37,065 nt of DNA from a virus (lineage: Duplodnaviria; Caudoviricetes), in the IMG/VR virus record IMGVR_UViG_3300025718_000018, positions 1 to 37,065 of that record; one strand, given 5' to 3'. Positions 26,988 through 35,303 of this stretch are shown here, piece after piece. The first letter of the stretch is position 1. Each line of letters opens with the position of its first letter. A model generated the notes under the pieces. It worked only from the letters and a program-made list of their open reading frames with translations, was not told where the DNA came from and made no database searches. The position numbers and the translations under genes were made by a program.

Positions 26988-27449
26988 ATGCAGAGGTCAG
27001 AACAAGAAACAAGCCGCTCAAGGGGGGTGGTTCAAGTGGGTGGCAGCGTCCATGGGAATGTCATTTTGATGACGCCGCGCTCGGAATCGCGCAGCTACAA
27101 CGACCATTTCGCAGTCCGACGTAGCAGTGTTGCCGAGGTCATGAAGAAGACCAAGCAACTGAGCACCGACGAGTATCAGAACCTCATGTCGTTCATGCTT
27201 CGCACATTCGAGACGCGCAGGTTCACGGAAATTTCAGACGAGGAGCGCTACCGCGTTCTAAGGTATGCCGAGACCCTGATCGACAAGCGCCCGGCATCGC
27301 GGCCAATTGACAGGACGCCAACCGCACCTACAAAAGGGCGCGTGCACCTTTCGCGGGAACAAAGAATTGCCTACGCCATCCTGGGCGTGCTGACAGTGAT
27401 CGTCATCCTGCTCGGCGCGGCACTTCTTGGCAAACTGTATTCAAGGTAA
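26988..27449 (+). CDS. Membrane-anchored protein with N-terminal RHIM-like motif and possible ORF6C-like domain
   Basis: VVQVGGSVHGNVIL near the N-terminus, FMLRTFETRRFTEISDEERYRVLRYA in the middle, C-terminal TM IAYAILGVLTVIVILLGAALLG. Confidence 0.75.
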   Translation: MQRSEQETSRSRGVVQVGGSVHGNVILMTPRSESRSYNDHFAVRRSSVAEVMKKTKQLSTDEYQNLMSFMLRTFETRRFTEISDEERYRVLRYAETLIDKRPASRPIDRTPTAPTKGRVHLSREQRIAYAILGVLTVIVILLGAALLGKLYSR

Positions 27450-27462
27450 TGGAGGAAGCTGA

Positions 27463-28059
27463 ATGAAACCATCATGGGAAAAATTACTGCTTGTCGTGGG
27501 GACGATCTTAAGTATTGGGCTTGTGAGGTTTTACGAACGGTACGATTCACACAAAGCTGAAGCTTCCACAGTGTCAGCACCCCGAGCACCATCCGTCAAG
27601 AGCGAAGCGCCTGAACTTGAGGTCCTTGTAAAAGACGAAATCGGGGCATCAAGCGTTCAACGAACTTATTCCAACTCGCTGGCGTATATCAATAACCAGC
27701 CCATCACTTCACCCATGTATCGCGTCGAGGTCACCTTTAATACGGGCGGCTTGTGGGGGAGCGGACAGGACTTCAATGGGTTAGCTGGTGACACCATGCG
27801 CGCAGCACAGAATGCCTTTAAAAAAGCGCCCACACTGGAATGGATACGCTTCAATGCGATTGAGACCAACGGCAAGAACTGGGCTATTGTTGAGCTCAAA
27901 CGAAGCGAATTGCCTGCTGGCTGGTTGGGTCTGACGTACCTGCAACAAATGAGTTACGCCTCTCTGGTTGTGCCCTATGTTCAACCAAGACCGTGGGTGT
28001 GTGAGTTCTACAAAAAATACCCATCTGCAACGGCAAAGCGTGATTCGTATTGCTCATAA
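27463..28059 (+). CDS. Membrane-anchored/exported hypothetical protein
   Basis: GGAGG RBS, N-terminal hydrophobic helix and a C-terminal Cys pair. Confidence 0.75.
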   Translation: MKPSWEKLLLVVGTILSIGLVRFYERYDSHKAEASTVSAPRAPSVKSEAPELEVLVKDEIGASSVQRTYSNSLAYINNQPITSPMYRVEVTFNTGGLWGSGQDFNGLAGDTMRAAQNAFKKAPTLEWIRFNAIETNGKNWAIVELKRSELPAGWLGLTYLQQMSYASLVVPYVQPRPWVCEFYKKYPSATAKRDSYCS

Positions 28060-28069
28060 CCGTGCTCGC

Positions 28070-28282
28070 ATGAAATTGCCTTTTCTTTTTGCCACCATCG
28101 TTATGGTGTCCAGCGTACACGCAACTAACTACCCTTGTTCGGGACGCAAAGGCGGCGTCTCACACTGCCTGGGAAAATACTTCGTCTGCAACGATGGAAC
28201 CACCAGCCAGTCAAAGAAAACATGCAGCGCGGAAGATGGCCCATCGCCAGACAAGCTCTCAAAGAGCAAAAAGAAACGCTGA
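28070..28282 (+). CDS. Small secreted 4-Cys protein (YdcA-like)
   Basis: Signal peptide ending VHA, then NYPCSGRKGGVSHC...FVCNDGTTSQSKKTC. Confidence 0.75.
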   Translation: MKLPFLFATIVMVSSVHATNYPCSGRKGGVSHCLGKYFVCNDGTTSQSKKTCSAEDGPSPDKLSKSKKKR

Positions 28283-28294
28283 TGGCCGCCTGAC

Positions 28295-28339
28295 GGTGAA
28301 CCGGTTCACCATGACCTAAACCCCCTGATTCCAGACACT
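28295..28339 (+). promoter_or_regulatory. Putative late lysis promoter
   Basis: Perfect palindrome GGTGAACCGGTTCACC (28295-28310), 23 nt, GACACT. Confidence 0.75.
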
Positions 28340-28368
28340 AAGGACTACTTTTTGGTAGTCCTTTTTTT
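28340..28368 (+). terminator. Intrinsic terminator of the repressor operon
   Basis: AAGGACTAC/GTAGTCCTT stem followed by a T run. Confidence 0.75.
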
Positions 28369-28384
28369 ACGTCTGGAGTCAGCC

Positions 28385-28741
28385 ATGTTTAGTCCTCCCC
28401 GCATGTTGGTCTGTCTGGTGCTCACGCTAGCACTGATGGCCCTTTCCTTGTTCCTGCAGCAGGCCGCGCCCGGTAGCCTGCTGGCCGTCACGCTCTACAA
28501 GGCGCATCTGATGGCCTTGGGTGGCTGGGGCGGCTACTGGCTCGACCGTGGCTTGTTCCCGTATGACCGACCGCACACTTACTTGCTGGACGATCTGCCC
28601 AAGATTGACGACGGTGGACCCTATAACGAAACAGGTCTGATAGCGGGCACACTGGTTTCAACAGGGGACTTTGGCAGCTCCATGCTGCGCCGCGCCATCA
28701 TCGTCGCCGCTTGCCTGATCTGCGTAGGCTTGGGGGCGTAA
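28385..28741 (+). CDS. Putative holin (2/3-TM family)
   Basis: GYWLDRGLFPYDRP and RRAIIVAA motifs, TM segments, GGAG RBS. Confidence 0.85.
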   Translation: MFSPPRMLVCLVLTLALMALSLFLQQAAPGSLLAVTLYKAHLMALGGWGGYWLDRGLFPYDRPHTYLLDDLPKIDDGGPYNETGLIAGTLVSTGDFGSSMLRRAIIVAACLICVGLGA

Positions 28742-29463
28742 TGTCGAGGCCAACCAATAGCTGGGGCCGCTGGTGGAGCGGTTATGTGCGCAGCCGCGAT
28801 GCAGCACGGCTAGCGCGCTACCAGCCTGCCCACGCCCCGCGCCTGCGCCTGGCCACCCGCATCGCGCTCTGGCTTCATGTATGCGTCTTGCTGTTCTTGT
28901 TCTCGGCTTTCCTGTCGGTGGTGCTTGCCCAAGCCATCCCGCGCGATGCCCAGCGCCACCAGCTCACGCTCAAGCGCGAGGCGCAGCACACATGGGGCCT
29001 GGGTGCCCCGGTCGCCACCTTCGCCGCCCAGGTGCACCAAGAGAGCCGGTGGCGTGAATCTGCTCACAGCCAGGTAGGCGCCGTAGGTCTCGCGCAGTTC
29101 ATGCCGTCCACCAGCAACTGGATCGGCGGGCTCTATTCGAGCCTGGGTGACCGTAGCCCCACCAACCCGGTATGGGCCTTGCGCGCCCTGGTCACCTACG
29201 ACAAGTGGCTCGCTGACCGCATCACCGCCGCCGACGCCTGCGAGCGCATGGCCTTCACCCTCAGCGCCTACAACGGCGGTCTGGGCTGGGTCTACAAGCG
29301 CCAAAAGATCAGCCTGTTGCCCGGTCTGTGCCTGGACCACACCTGCAAGCTCAACCCCGGCGTTACGCCAGGCAGTCAGGCAGAAAACCAGCACTACCCC
29401 GAAGTCATCCTGCACAAGTTTGAGCCGCTTTACAGCAGCTGGGGCAATGGGAGCTGCGCATGA
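28741..29463 (+). CDS. Endolysin, lytic transglycosylase (SLT) with N-terminal membrane segment
   Basis: QVHQESRW, GLAQFMPST and SAYNGG motifs; TAATG overlap with the holin. Confidence 0.9.
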   Translation: MSRPTNSWGRWWSGYVRSRDAARLARYQPAHAPRLRLATRIALWLHVCVLLFLFSAFLSVVLAQAIPRDAQRHQLTLKREAQHTWGLGAPVATFAAQVHQESRWRESAHSQVGAVGLAQFMPSTSNWIGGLYSSLGDRSPTNPVWALRALVTYDKWLADRITAADACERMAFTLSAYNGGLGWVYKRQKISLLPGLCLDHTCKLNPGVTPGSQAENQHYPEVILHKFEPLYSSWGNGSCA

Positions 29464-29972
29464 TTCGATCAACCATCTATTTCGTCCTTCTGGCAATTGC
29501 ATTGATGGCCGCTTTATTGCGGGTCTACACCTTGGGCGAGACCAGCGGCAAAACCGCATGCGAGATCACGCAAGCCAAGGTCAACGAAAAGGCCGAGGTC
29601 GTGCAAAAGGTTGCCACCCAAGTCGTCATCAACCGCGCCACCGCCACAGGCACCCGGCAAGAACATGCCCGCGTCGCCGTTAACCAATTTTTCAACCAAC
29701 TCGCCAAGGAACAAGACCATGCGCCTGCTGACCCTGTTGATAGCTGCGTGCTGCCTGCTGAACGGCTGCGCCGCTGGACCGACGCCAATGCCGGGCGAAC
29801 CGATCAAAGTACCTCCCCCGGCCAACCTGACAGCGCCGCCCCAGCCGTTGCCACCCCCGGCCTCCGGGCAGATGCGGGACTTGGAATCAAACCACCGCGA
29901 GACGGCTCGGGCTTACCACCAGCTGGCCCTGCAGATGTGCAACCTGCTGTCATTTCTGGAGATCAACCATGA
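29460..29972 (+). CDS. i-spanin (Rz-like)
   Basis: N-terminal TM plus helical periplasmic region after the endolysin; overlapped by a lipoprotein ORF. Confidence 0.75.
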   Translation: MIRSTIYFVLLAIALMAALLRVYTLGETSGKTACEITQAKVNEKAEVVQKVATQVVINRATATGTRQEHARVAVNQFFNQLAKEQDHAPADPVDSCVLPAERLRRWTDANAGRTDQSTSPGQPDSAAPAVATPGLRADAGLGIKPPRDGSGLPPAGPADVQPAVISGDQP

Positions 29973-30003
29973 CGAATGCAAACCCTGGGCAAACAGCCCT
30001 TGA
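29719..30003 (+). CDS. o-spanin (Rz1-like lipoprotein), overlapping Rz
   Basis: AAGGA RBS, lipobox LLNGC, Pro-rich region. Confidence 0.8.
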   Translation: MRLLTLLIAACCLLNGCAAGPTPMPGEPIKVPPPANLTAPPQPLPPPASGQMRDLESNHRETARAYHQLALQMCNLLSFLEINHDECKPWANSP

Positions 30004-30026
30004 AGCATGTTTGAAAGGCTCGTGCC

Positions 30027-30245
30027 GTGGATGAAAAGTTTCTAGAACAAGCCAGTGCCCTGGAGCAAGCCCGCCGTGACGACGCCCTGCAGGCGGCCCA
30101 GCGCAGCCTGCAAGGTAAGGGTAAAGCCCGCTGCGAGGACTGCAGCGAACCCATTCCCCGTGAGCGCCGCAAGGCGGCACCCAATGCTATTCGCTGCATT
30201 GCATGCCAAACCATTTTTGAAAAACGTAAAGGAACCCGATCATGA
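30027..30245 (+). CDS. TraR/DksA C4 zinc-finger protein
   Basis: CEDCSEPIPRERR...RCIACQ. Confidence 0.88.
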   Translation: MDEKFLEQASALEQARRDDALQAAQRSLQGKGKARCEDCSEPIPRERRKAAPNAIRCIACQTIFEKRKGTRS

Positions 30246-30532
30246 GTGACCCCGCCGCCGTAGCCACCGCTGTCCTGGTCGAGATGGGCCAGGTCAAGGG
30301 CCAACTGACTGCCATGACCGCGCTGCTGCAACAAAACCATGCGGCCACACAAACCCGCATTGAAGACCTGAGCAAGTCGGTGGGCGTCCGCTTTGATGGC
30401 CTTGAAAAACGCCTGTCTACGCTTGAAACAAACGAACGTGGCACCGCCATCCGAGCCGCTGGAACGGGGGCGTTGGCCGGTGCCATCGTCTCTGCTGCCT
30501 TGGTGGCCATGAAGGGCGGCTTCGGCCACTAA
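30242..30532 (+). CDS. Hypothetical coiled-coil protein with C-terminal hydrophobic segment
   Basis: Translationally coupled ORF between the TraR-like gene and the small terminase candidate. Confidence 0.7.
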   Translation: MSDPAAVATAVLVEMGQVKGQLTAMTALLQQNHAATQTRIEDLSKSVGVRFDGLEKRLSTLETNERGTAIRAAGTGALAGAIVSAALVAMKGGFGH

Positions 30533-30535
30533 TCC

Positions 30536-31042
30536 ATGGCCTACGACCGTTCCACCCGCAACAAGGTGCGCGCCAAGTACGTGCAGGGCTTGGCCCTGGC
30601 CACCGCCGCCGAAGCGTGCAAGGTGCCCTACAACACCGCACGCAACTGGAAGCGGCAAGACGGCGAAGATGGTAACGACTGGGACATCACCCGCAACGCC
30701 AGGCGCATGACCAAAAGCGGCATTGAAGAGATGGCCAATGAGGTGCTGGGCGAGTTGGCCGAGCAGTTTCTGGCCACGCTGGATGCCGTCAAGAAAGACC
30801 CCAAGATGCCCGCCGATAAGCGCGCCGACATCATGGTCCGTTTGATGGACGGCTACAACAAAGCCATCGGCGCCGCCAGCCGCGCCATGCCCAACGCCAA
30901 CCGGCTGGCGGTCGCCATGGATGTGGTCAAGTTCCTGAGTGTCTTCATTGCAGGCCGTTACCCCAAACTGCGCGAGCAGTTCATTGAGGTCACGGAAGCC
31001 GCTGCCGATGACTTCGTGCGTGAGTTTGGTCGGAGCACCTGA
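30536..31042 (+). CDS. DUF1804 family protein (probable small terminase)
   Basis: N-terminal HTH TARNWK...G.DWD; directly upstream of the large terminase. Confidence 0.8.
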   Translation: MAYDRSTRNKVRAKYVQGLALATAAEACKVPYNTARNWKRQDGEDGNDWDITRNARRMTKSGIEEMANEVLGELAEQFLATLDAVKKDPKMPADKRADIMVRLMDGYNKAIGAASRAMPNANRLAVAMDVVKFLSVFIAGRYPKLREQFIEVTEAAADDFVREFGRST

Positions 31043-32673
31043 TGGCACAGAAGCAAAGACTGCTTAAAGACAAGGACTTCCTGCAGGAGCTGCGCGCCTA
31101 TGCGGATGAGCAGCGGCGCCTGGTGGAGGCCGAGTGCGATGGTTTCTTGACCGATTCATCAGCCCGCGACCAGCGTCGCAAACGTGCGCATACCGACTTT
31201 GAGTTTTTCTGCCGTACTTACTTTCCGCACTACGTCAAAAGCGAGCCGTCGCTGTTTCACCGCTGGCTGTATGACACGGTGCCCAAGTTGATCGACAAGC
31301 CAACCGGCCAATTGATCAACGTGTCGGCACCACGCGGCGAGGCCAAGTCCACGCTGGGAACCCAGCTCTGCACCCTGTGGCTGATAGTGACCAAGCGCAA
31401 GCACTTCATCCCGCTGGTGATGGATTCGCTCGGCCAGGCGGCCACCATGCTGGAGGCCGTCAAGGTTGAGCTGGAAAGCAACCCCCGCCTGCAGATGGAC
31501 TATCCCGATGAAACCGGCGCCGGGCGCGTCTGGAATGCGGGCGTGATCGTGACACAAGGCAATGTCAAAGTGCAGGCCTTCGGCTCGGGCACGCGCATGC
31601 GCGGCCTGCGCCACGGCCCGCACCGTCCCGACATGGTGATGCTGGACGACATCGAAAACGATGAGAACGTCCGTAGCAAAGAGCAGCGCGACAAGGTCGA
31701 AAGCTGGGTTAAAAAGGTCGTGCTGCCGCTTGGCCCGCCGGATGGCAGCATGGACGTGCTGTACCTCAACACGATCCTGCACTACGACTCGGCGGCGAAC
31801 CGCTTCCACACCAACCCACAGTGGCGCACACGCAAGAAGTTCAAAGCCATCGTGCGCTGGCCAGACCGCATGGACCTCTGGCAGCAGTGGGAAGAACTGT
31901 TCATCAACCAGGTGGACGTGAGCGACACCGACCCTGACGAAGAAGTCGAGACCGAAGCCGAAGCCTTCTACCGGGCCAATAAAACCGAGATGGATGCAGG
32001 CTCCGTGGTGAGCTGGCCCAGCATGCGCCCCTTGCTGCGCTTGATGGAGATTCGCGCAGGCGATCACCATGCCTTCGACTGCGAGTACCAGAACGACCCC
32101 ACCAATGACGAAGCGGGCTTCTTCCAGAGCATGAAGTTCTGGGTGCAACCCAGCCGCGATTGGGTGTTCTATGGGGCCCATGATCCCAGCCTGGGCAAGA
32201 ACAACAAAAGCCGAGACCCCTGTGCCTGCCTGGTGGGCGGCTTCGACCGCAATCACGGCGTGCTGTGCGTGGTCGAAGCGGCTGTGGCCCGCATGATCCC
32301 CGACCGGCAGATCAGCAAGATCATCGAGTTCCAGAAGGTCTATCACTGCCTGGTGTGGGGCATTGAGTCGATTCAGTTTCAGGAGTTCTTTCGCCAGCAG
32401 CTGATCAAGGAATCAGCCAAGGCGGGCATTCCGGTACCGGCCGTGCCACTGATACCACACACCGACAAAGACCTGCGTATCGAGTCACTCAGCCCGCATG
32501 TCAATAACGGCTTGATCCTGTTCAGCCAGGCACACACCGTTCTCAACAGCCAACTGCGCCACTGGCCCGAAGCCGACCACGACGACGGCCCCGATGCGTT
32601 GCACATGCTCTGGATGCTGGCCGTCTCGCGGGGCGGTGGCATCCCCAAAATCAGAATCGGAAAACAAAGATGA
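31042..32673 (+). CDS. Terminase large subunit
   Basis: APRGEAKST, LDDIEND, DPSLG and HDDGPDAL motifs. Confidence 0.93.
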   Translation: MAQKQRLLKDKDFLQELRAYADEQRRLVEAECDGFLTDSSARDQRRKRAHTDFEFFCRTYFPHYVKSEPSLFHRWLYDTVPKLIDKPTGQLINVSAPRGEAKSTLGTQLCTLWLIVTKRKHFIPLVMDSLGQAATMLEAVKVELESNPRLQMDYPDETGAGRVWNAGVIVTQGNVKVQAFGSGTRMRGLRHGPHRPDMVMLDDIENDENVRSKEQRDKVESWVKKVVLPLGPPDGSMDVLYLNTILHYDSAANRFHTNPQWRTRKKFKAIVRWPDRMDLWQQWEELFINQVDVSDTDPDEEVETEAEAFYRANKTEMDAGSVVSWPSMRPLLRLMEIRAGDHHAFDCEYQNDPTNDEAGFFQSMKFWVQPSRDWVFYGAHDPSLGKNNKSRDPCACLVGGFDRNHGVLCVVEAAVARMIPDRQISKIIEFQKVYHCLVWGIESIQFQEFFRQQLIKESAKAGIPVPAVPLIPHTDKDLRIESLSPHVNNGLILFSQAHTVLNSQLRHWPEADHDDGPDALHMLWMLAVSRGGGIPKIRIGKQR

Positions 32674-34238
32674 TCTCAACACGCGGCTTGGTTAAAACGC
32701 TCACGGGCTGGCTGGGCAAACCCATCGCCACCCCCGAGTCAGACCCTCAAAAGTACTTCGGCACGATGTTCGCTCTGCCCAACCCGGACCCCATCCTGCG
32801 GGAAATGGGCCAGGCTGAAAAGGTCTATTACTCCATCATGGCCGACGCCCATGTGATGGGTGAAATTCGCTCCATTCGGGGTTCGTTTCGCTCGCATCAA
32901 TACCGCTTGGAGGTTGGAAATGACGACGACAGCAAGGCCGCTGCCGCCATGGAACTGTGTGAGCAATGGATGCAGTCGCAGACGCCCAATGCCATCTCCG
33001 ATTGGCTGGAAGTGATGTGGCAAATGACCGCGTCGATCTTCACTGGCTACCGCGTGCATGAACTGGTCTGGGAGCTGGTGGACGGCAAATATCTGCCCAC
33101 GCAGGTGCTGGACCGTCCTGGTCGTCGTTTCCGCTTTGACCTACACGGCTCGCCGCTGCTGATCTCGCGTGACAGCTGGCAAGGTGCGCCCGTCGAGCCC
33201 TATCAATTCGTGGTGTCCCGGCATATGCCCACCACCGACAACCCCTACGGCATGGCGCTGCTGTCGAGCTGCTTTTGGCCCTGGACTTTCAAGACCGGTG
33301 GCTGGCGCTACTTCGTCAAGTACTGCGAGCGGCACGGTCTGCCGTGGCCCGTGGGCCGTTACCCGGCGGGCAGCAGTGAGAAGGAGCAGGACGAACTGGC
33401 CGAGGCCTTGGGCGGCATGATTGAGGCGGGCTACGTCGTCGCGCAAGAGGGCACCGGCCTGGAGCTGCTGGTGCCCAGCGGGAGCGGCAGCAACTTGCCG
33501 CAACAAAACCTGATCACCTTGTGCAACCGCGAGATGAGCAAGGCCCTCACCAGCCAGGCCATGATCGGCGAGCAGCTCGACGTGGGTGCCCGCGCAGCCG
33601 CCGAGACGGCGATGGACCGGCAGAACTCCGTGCATGACTCCGACCGCGACATCGCGGCCGCCAGCATGGCGCAGATTTTCAAATGGATCACCCTGTTCAA
33701 CTTCGGTGACGGCGTAGCGGCTCCCACACTGGATTTTTTCAAACACGAAGCCGCTGGTAAACCCCGCGCCGAAACCTACCAGATCGCCGCCAACATGGGC
33801 GCTAAGCCCTCACGCAAAGCGATGCTGGAAGAACTCGACATTCCCCCGGCCGAGGATGACGCCGATGCGCTGTTGCCCATGGCGACGCGGCAACCTAAAG
33901 CGGCCAGCGGCAAACCAACACCCGCAGACGGGGGAAACCCTTCACCCGTGGACTTCACGGCCGTGGCCGGTTTCACCTTCGCCAAAGCGGCTGGCATGAC
34001 TGAAGACGAAGCCATGGCGCTCGCCGCCGACGCCGCTGACCAGGCCATCGAAGACAACATGATCGCGCCCGTCTACCAGATGCTGGTGCAGTTCGAGGCC
34101 GAGGGCAAAACCCTGGCCGAATTCCAGACTGCCCTGGAAGGCCTGGTCGGCCAGATGGACGACGAAGCCCTGCGCGAAGTGATCGACCGAGCCTTGACCT
34201 ATTCCATGCTGCGCGGCGCCGCCACGCAGGCGAACTGA
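32670..34238 (+). CDS. Portal protein (Mu gp29 / DUF935)
   Basis: NPYGMALL, ERHGLPWPVGRY and NREMSKAL motifs; follows the terminase. Confidence 0.9.
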   Translation: MISTRGLVKTLTGWLGKPIATPESDPQKYFGTMFALPNPDPILREMGQAEKVYYSIMADAHVMGEIRSIRGSFRSHQYRLEVGNDDDSKAAAAMELCEQWMQSQTPNAISDWLEVMWQMTASIFTGYRVHELVWELVDGKYLPTQVLDRPGRRFRFDLHGSPLLISRDSWQGAPVEPYQFVVSRHMPTTDNPYGMALLSSCFWPWTFKTGGWRYFVKYCERHGLPWPVGRYPAGSSEKEQDELAEALGGMIEAGYVVAQEGTGLELLVPSGSGSNLPQQNLITLCNREMSKALTSQAMIGEQLDVGARAAAETAMDRQNSVHDSDRDIAAASMAQIFKWITLFNFGDGVAAPTLDFFKHEAAGKPRAETYQIAANMGAKPSRKAMLEELDIPPAEDDADALLPMATRQPKAASGKPTPADGGNPSPVDFTAVAGFTFAKAAGMTEDEAMALAADAADQAIEDNMIAPVYQMLVQFEAEGKTLAEFQTALEGLVGQMDDEALREVIDRALTYSMLRGAATQAN

Positions 34239-34272
34239 TTTCAACCAGTAGTTGTAATTCAAGGATGTTTGT

Positions 34273-34974
34273 ATGACGCGAGATCAAGCTCTATCGAAAA
34301 TCAAGAAGTGCCTGGCGCTGGCTAAGTCCAGCAACCCACATGAAGCCGCAAGCGCCATGCGCCAGGCGCAAAAGCTGATGGCTGAGTACAGCGTGACTGA
34401 CATCGATGTCACCCTGGCTGATGTGTCCGAAGTCGGAGCAGTAGCCAGACATAAGGCGATGACCCGCTGGGAGACCAACTTATCGAAGATGGTGAGCGAT
34501 GCCTTCGGCTGTCACTGTTTTTGCCGAACCGGTGGAGTACTTACCAAGTCGCTAAATTTCGTCAAGAAGATGGAATTCATTTTTGTTGGTGTGGGCTCGG
34601 CACCCCAAGTGGCCGGCTATGCCTATGACGTGCTTTCGCGCCAATGCGCCAATGACCGCCTGGCGCACATCCGCAAGCAGCCCAATAGCTGCAAGCCCAT
34701 TACCAAGACTGCAAGGGGCGACGAATTCGCTAGCGGTTGGGTCTTGGGCGTCATAGGGCTGGTTGAATCGTTCTCAGGCACCGAGCGCGATCAACAGCTT
34801 ATAGAGCAGTACATGGCCAGCCGGTACCCGGACATGCGCGAGGTGAAAGTGAAAGACCGCGCCAAAGGTCGCAACGTCAGCCATAGCGACAGAAATCAAG
34901 GCTACGCCGCAGGCAAACAATCCCAGCTCAATCGTGGCGTGGGTGGCGTGGCGCCGCAAGGGTTACTGGGATAA
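34273..34974 (+). CDS. DUF2786-domain protein
   Basis: KIKKCLALAKSSNPHEAASAMRQAQKLM. Confidence 0.85.
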   Translation: MTRDQALSKIKKCLALAKSSNPHEAASAMRQAQKLMAEYSVTDIDVTLADVSEVGAVARHKAMTRWETNLSKMVSDAFGCHCFCRTGGVLTKSLNFVKKMEFIFVGVGSAPQVAGYAYDVLSRQCANDRLAHIRKQPNSCKPITKTARGDEFASGWVLGVIGLVESFSGTERDQQLIEQYMASRYPDMREVKVKDRAKGRNVSHSDRNQGYAAGKQSQLNRGVGGVAPQGLLG

Positions 34975-34979
34975 CTGGC

Positions 34980-35303
34980 ATGAAACGTATCTACATCGCT
35001 GGGCCAATGACTGGCCTTCCCGAGTTCAACTACCCGGCCTTCAATTCTGCAGCCCAACGCCTGCGCGCCCTGGGGTTTGAGGTGGAAAATCCTGCCGACA
35101 ATCCAGAACCGAAGTGCGGCACCTGGTTGGGGTACATGCGTATGGCCATCCGGCAGTTGGTGACATGCGATGGTGTCGCATTGCTACCAGGCTGGCGAGG
35201 ATCACGCGGCGCCCGCATTGAGCGCTGGCTAGCGGGCATGTTGGGCTTGACCGTTGTTTCTGAAAGCGCCATCCAGCACGGCCCGGAGGTTTGTGATGCC
35301 TGA
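34980..35303 (+). CDS. DUF4406-domain protein
   Basis: IYIAGPMTGLPEFNYPAF and LPGWRGSRGARIE motifs. Confidence 0.88.
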   Translation: MKRIYIAGPMTGLPEFNYPAFNSAAQRLRALGFEVENPADNPEPKCGTWLGYMRMAIRQLVTCDGVALLPGWRGSRGARIERWLAGMLGLTVVSESAIQHGPEVCDA

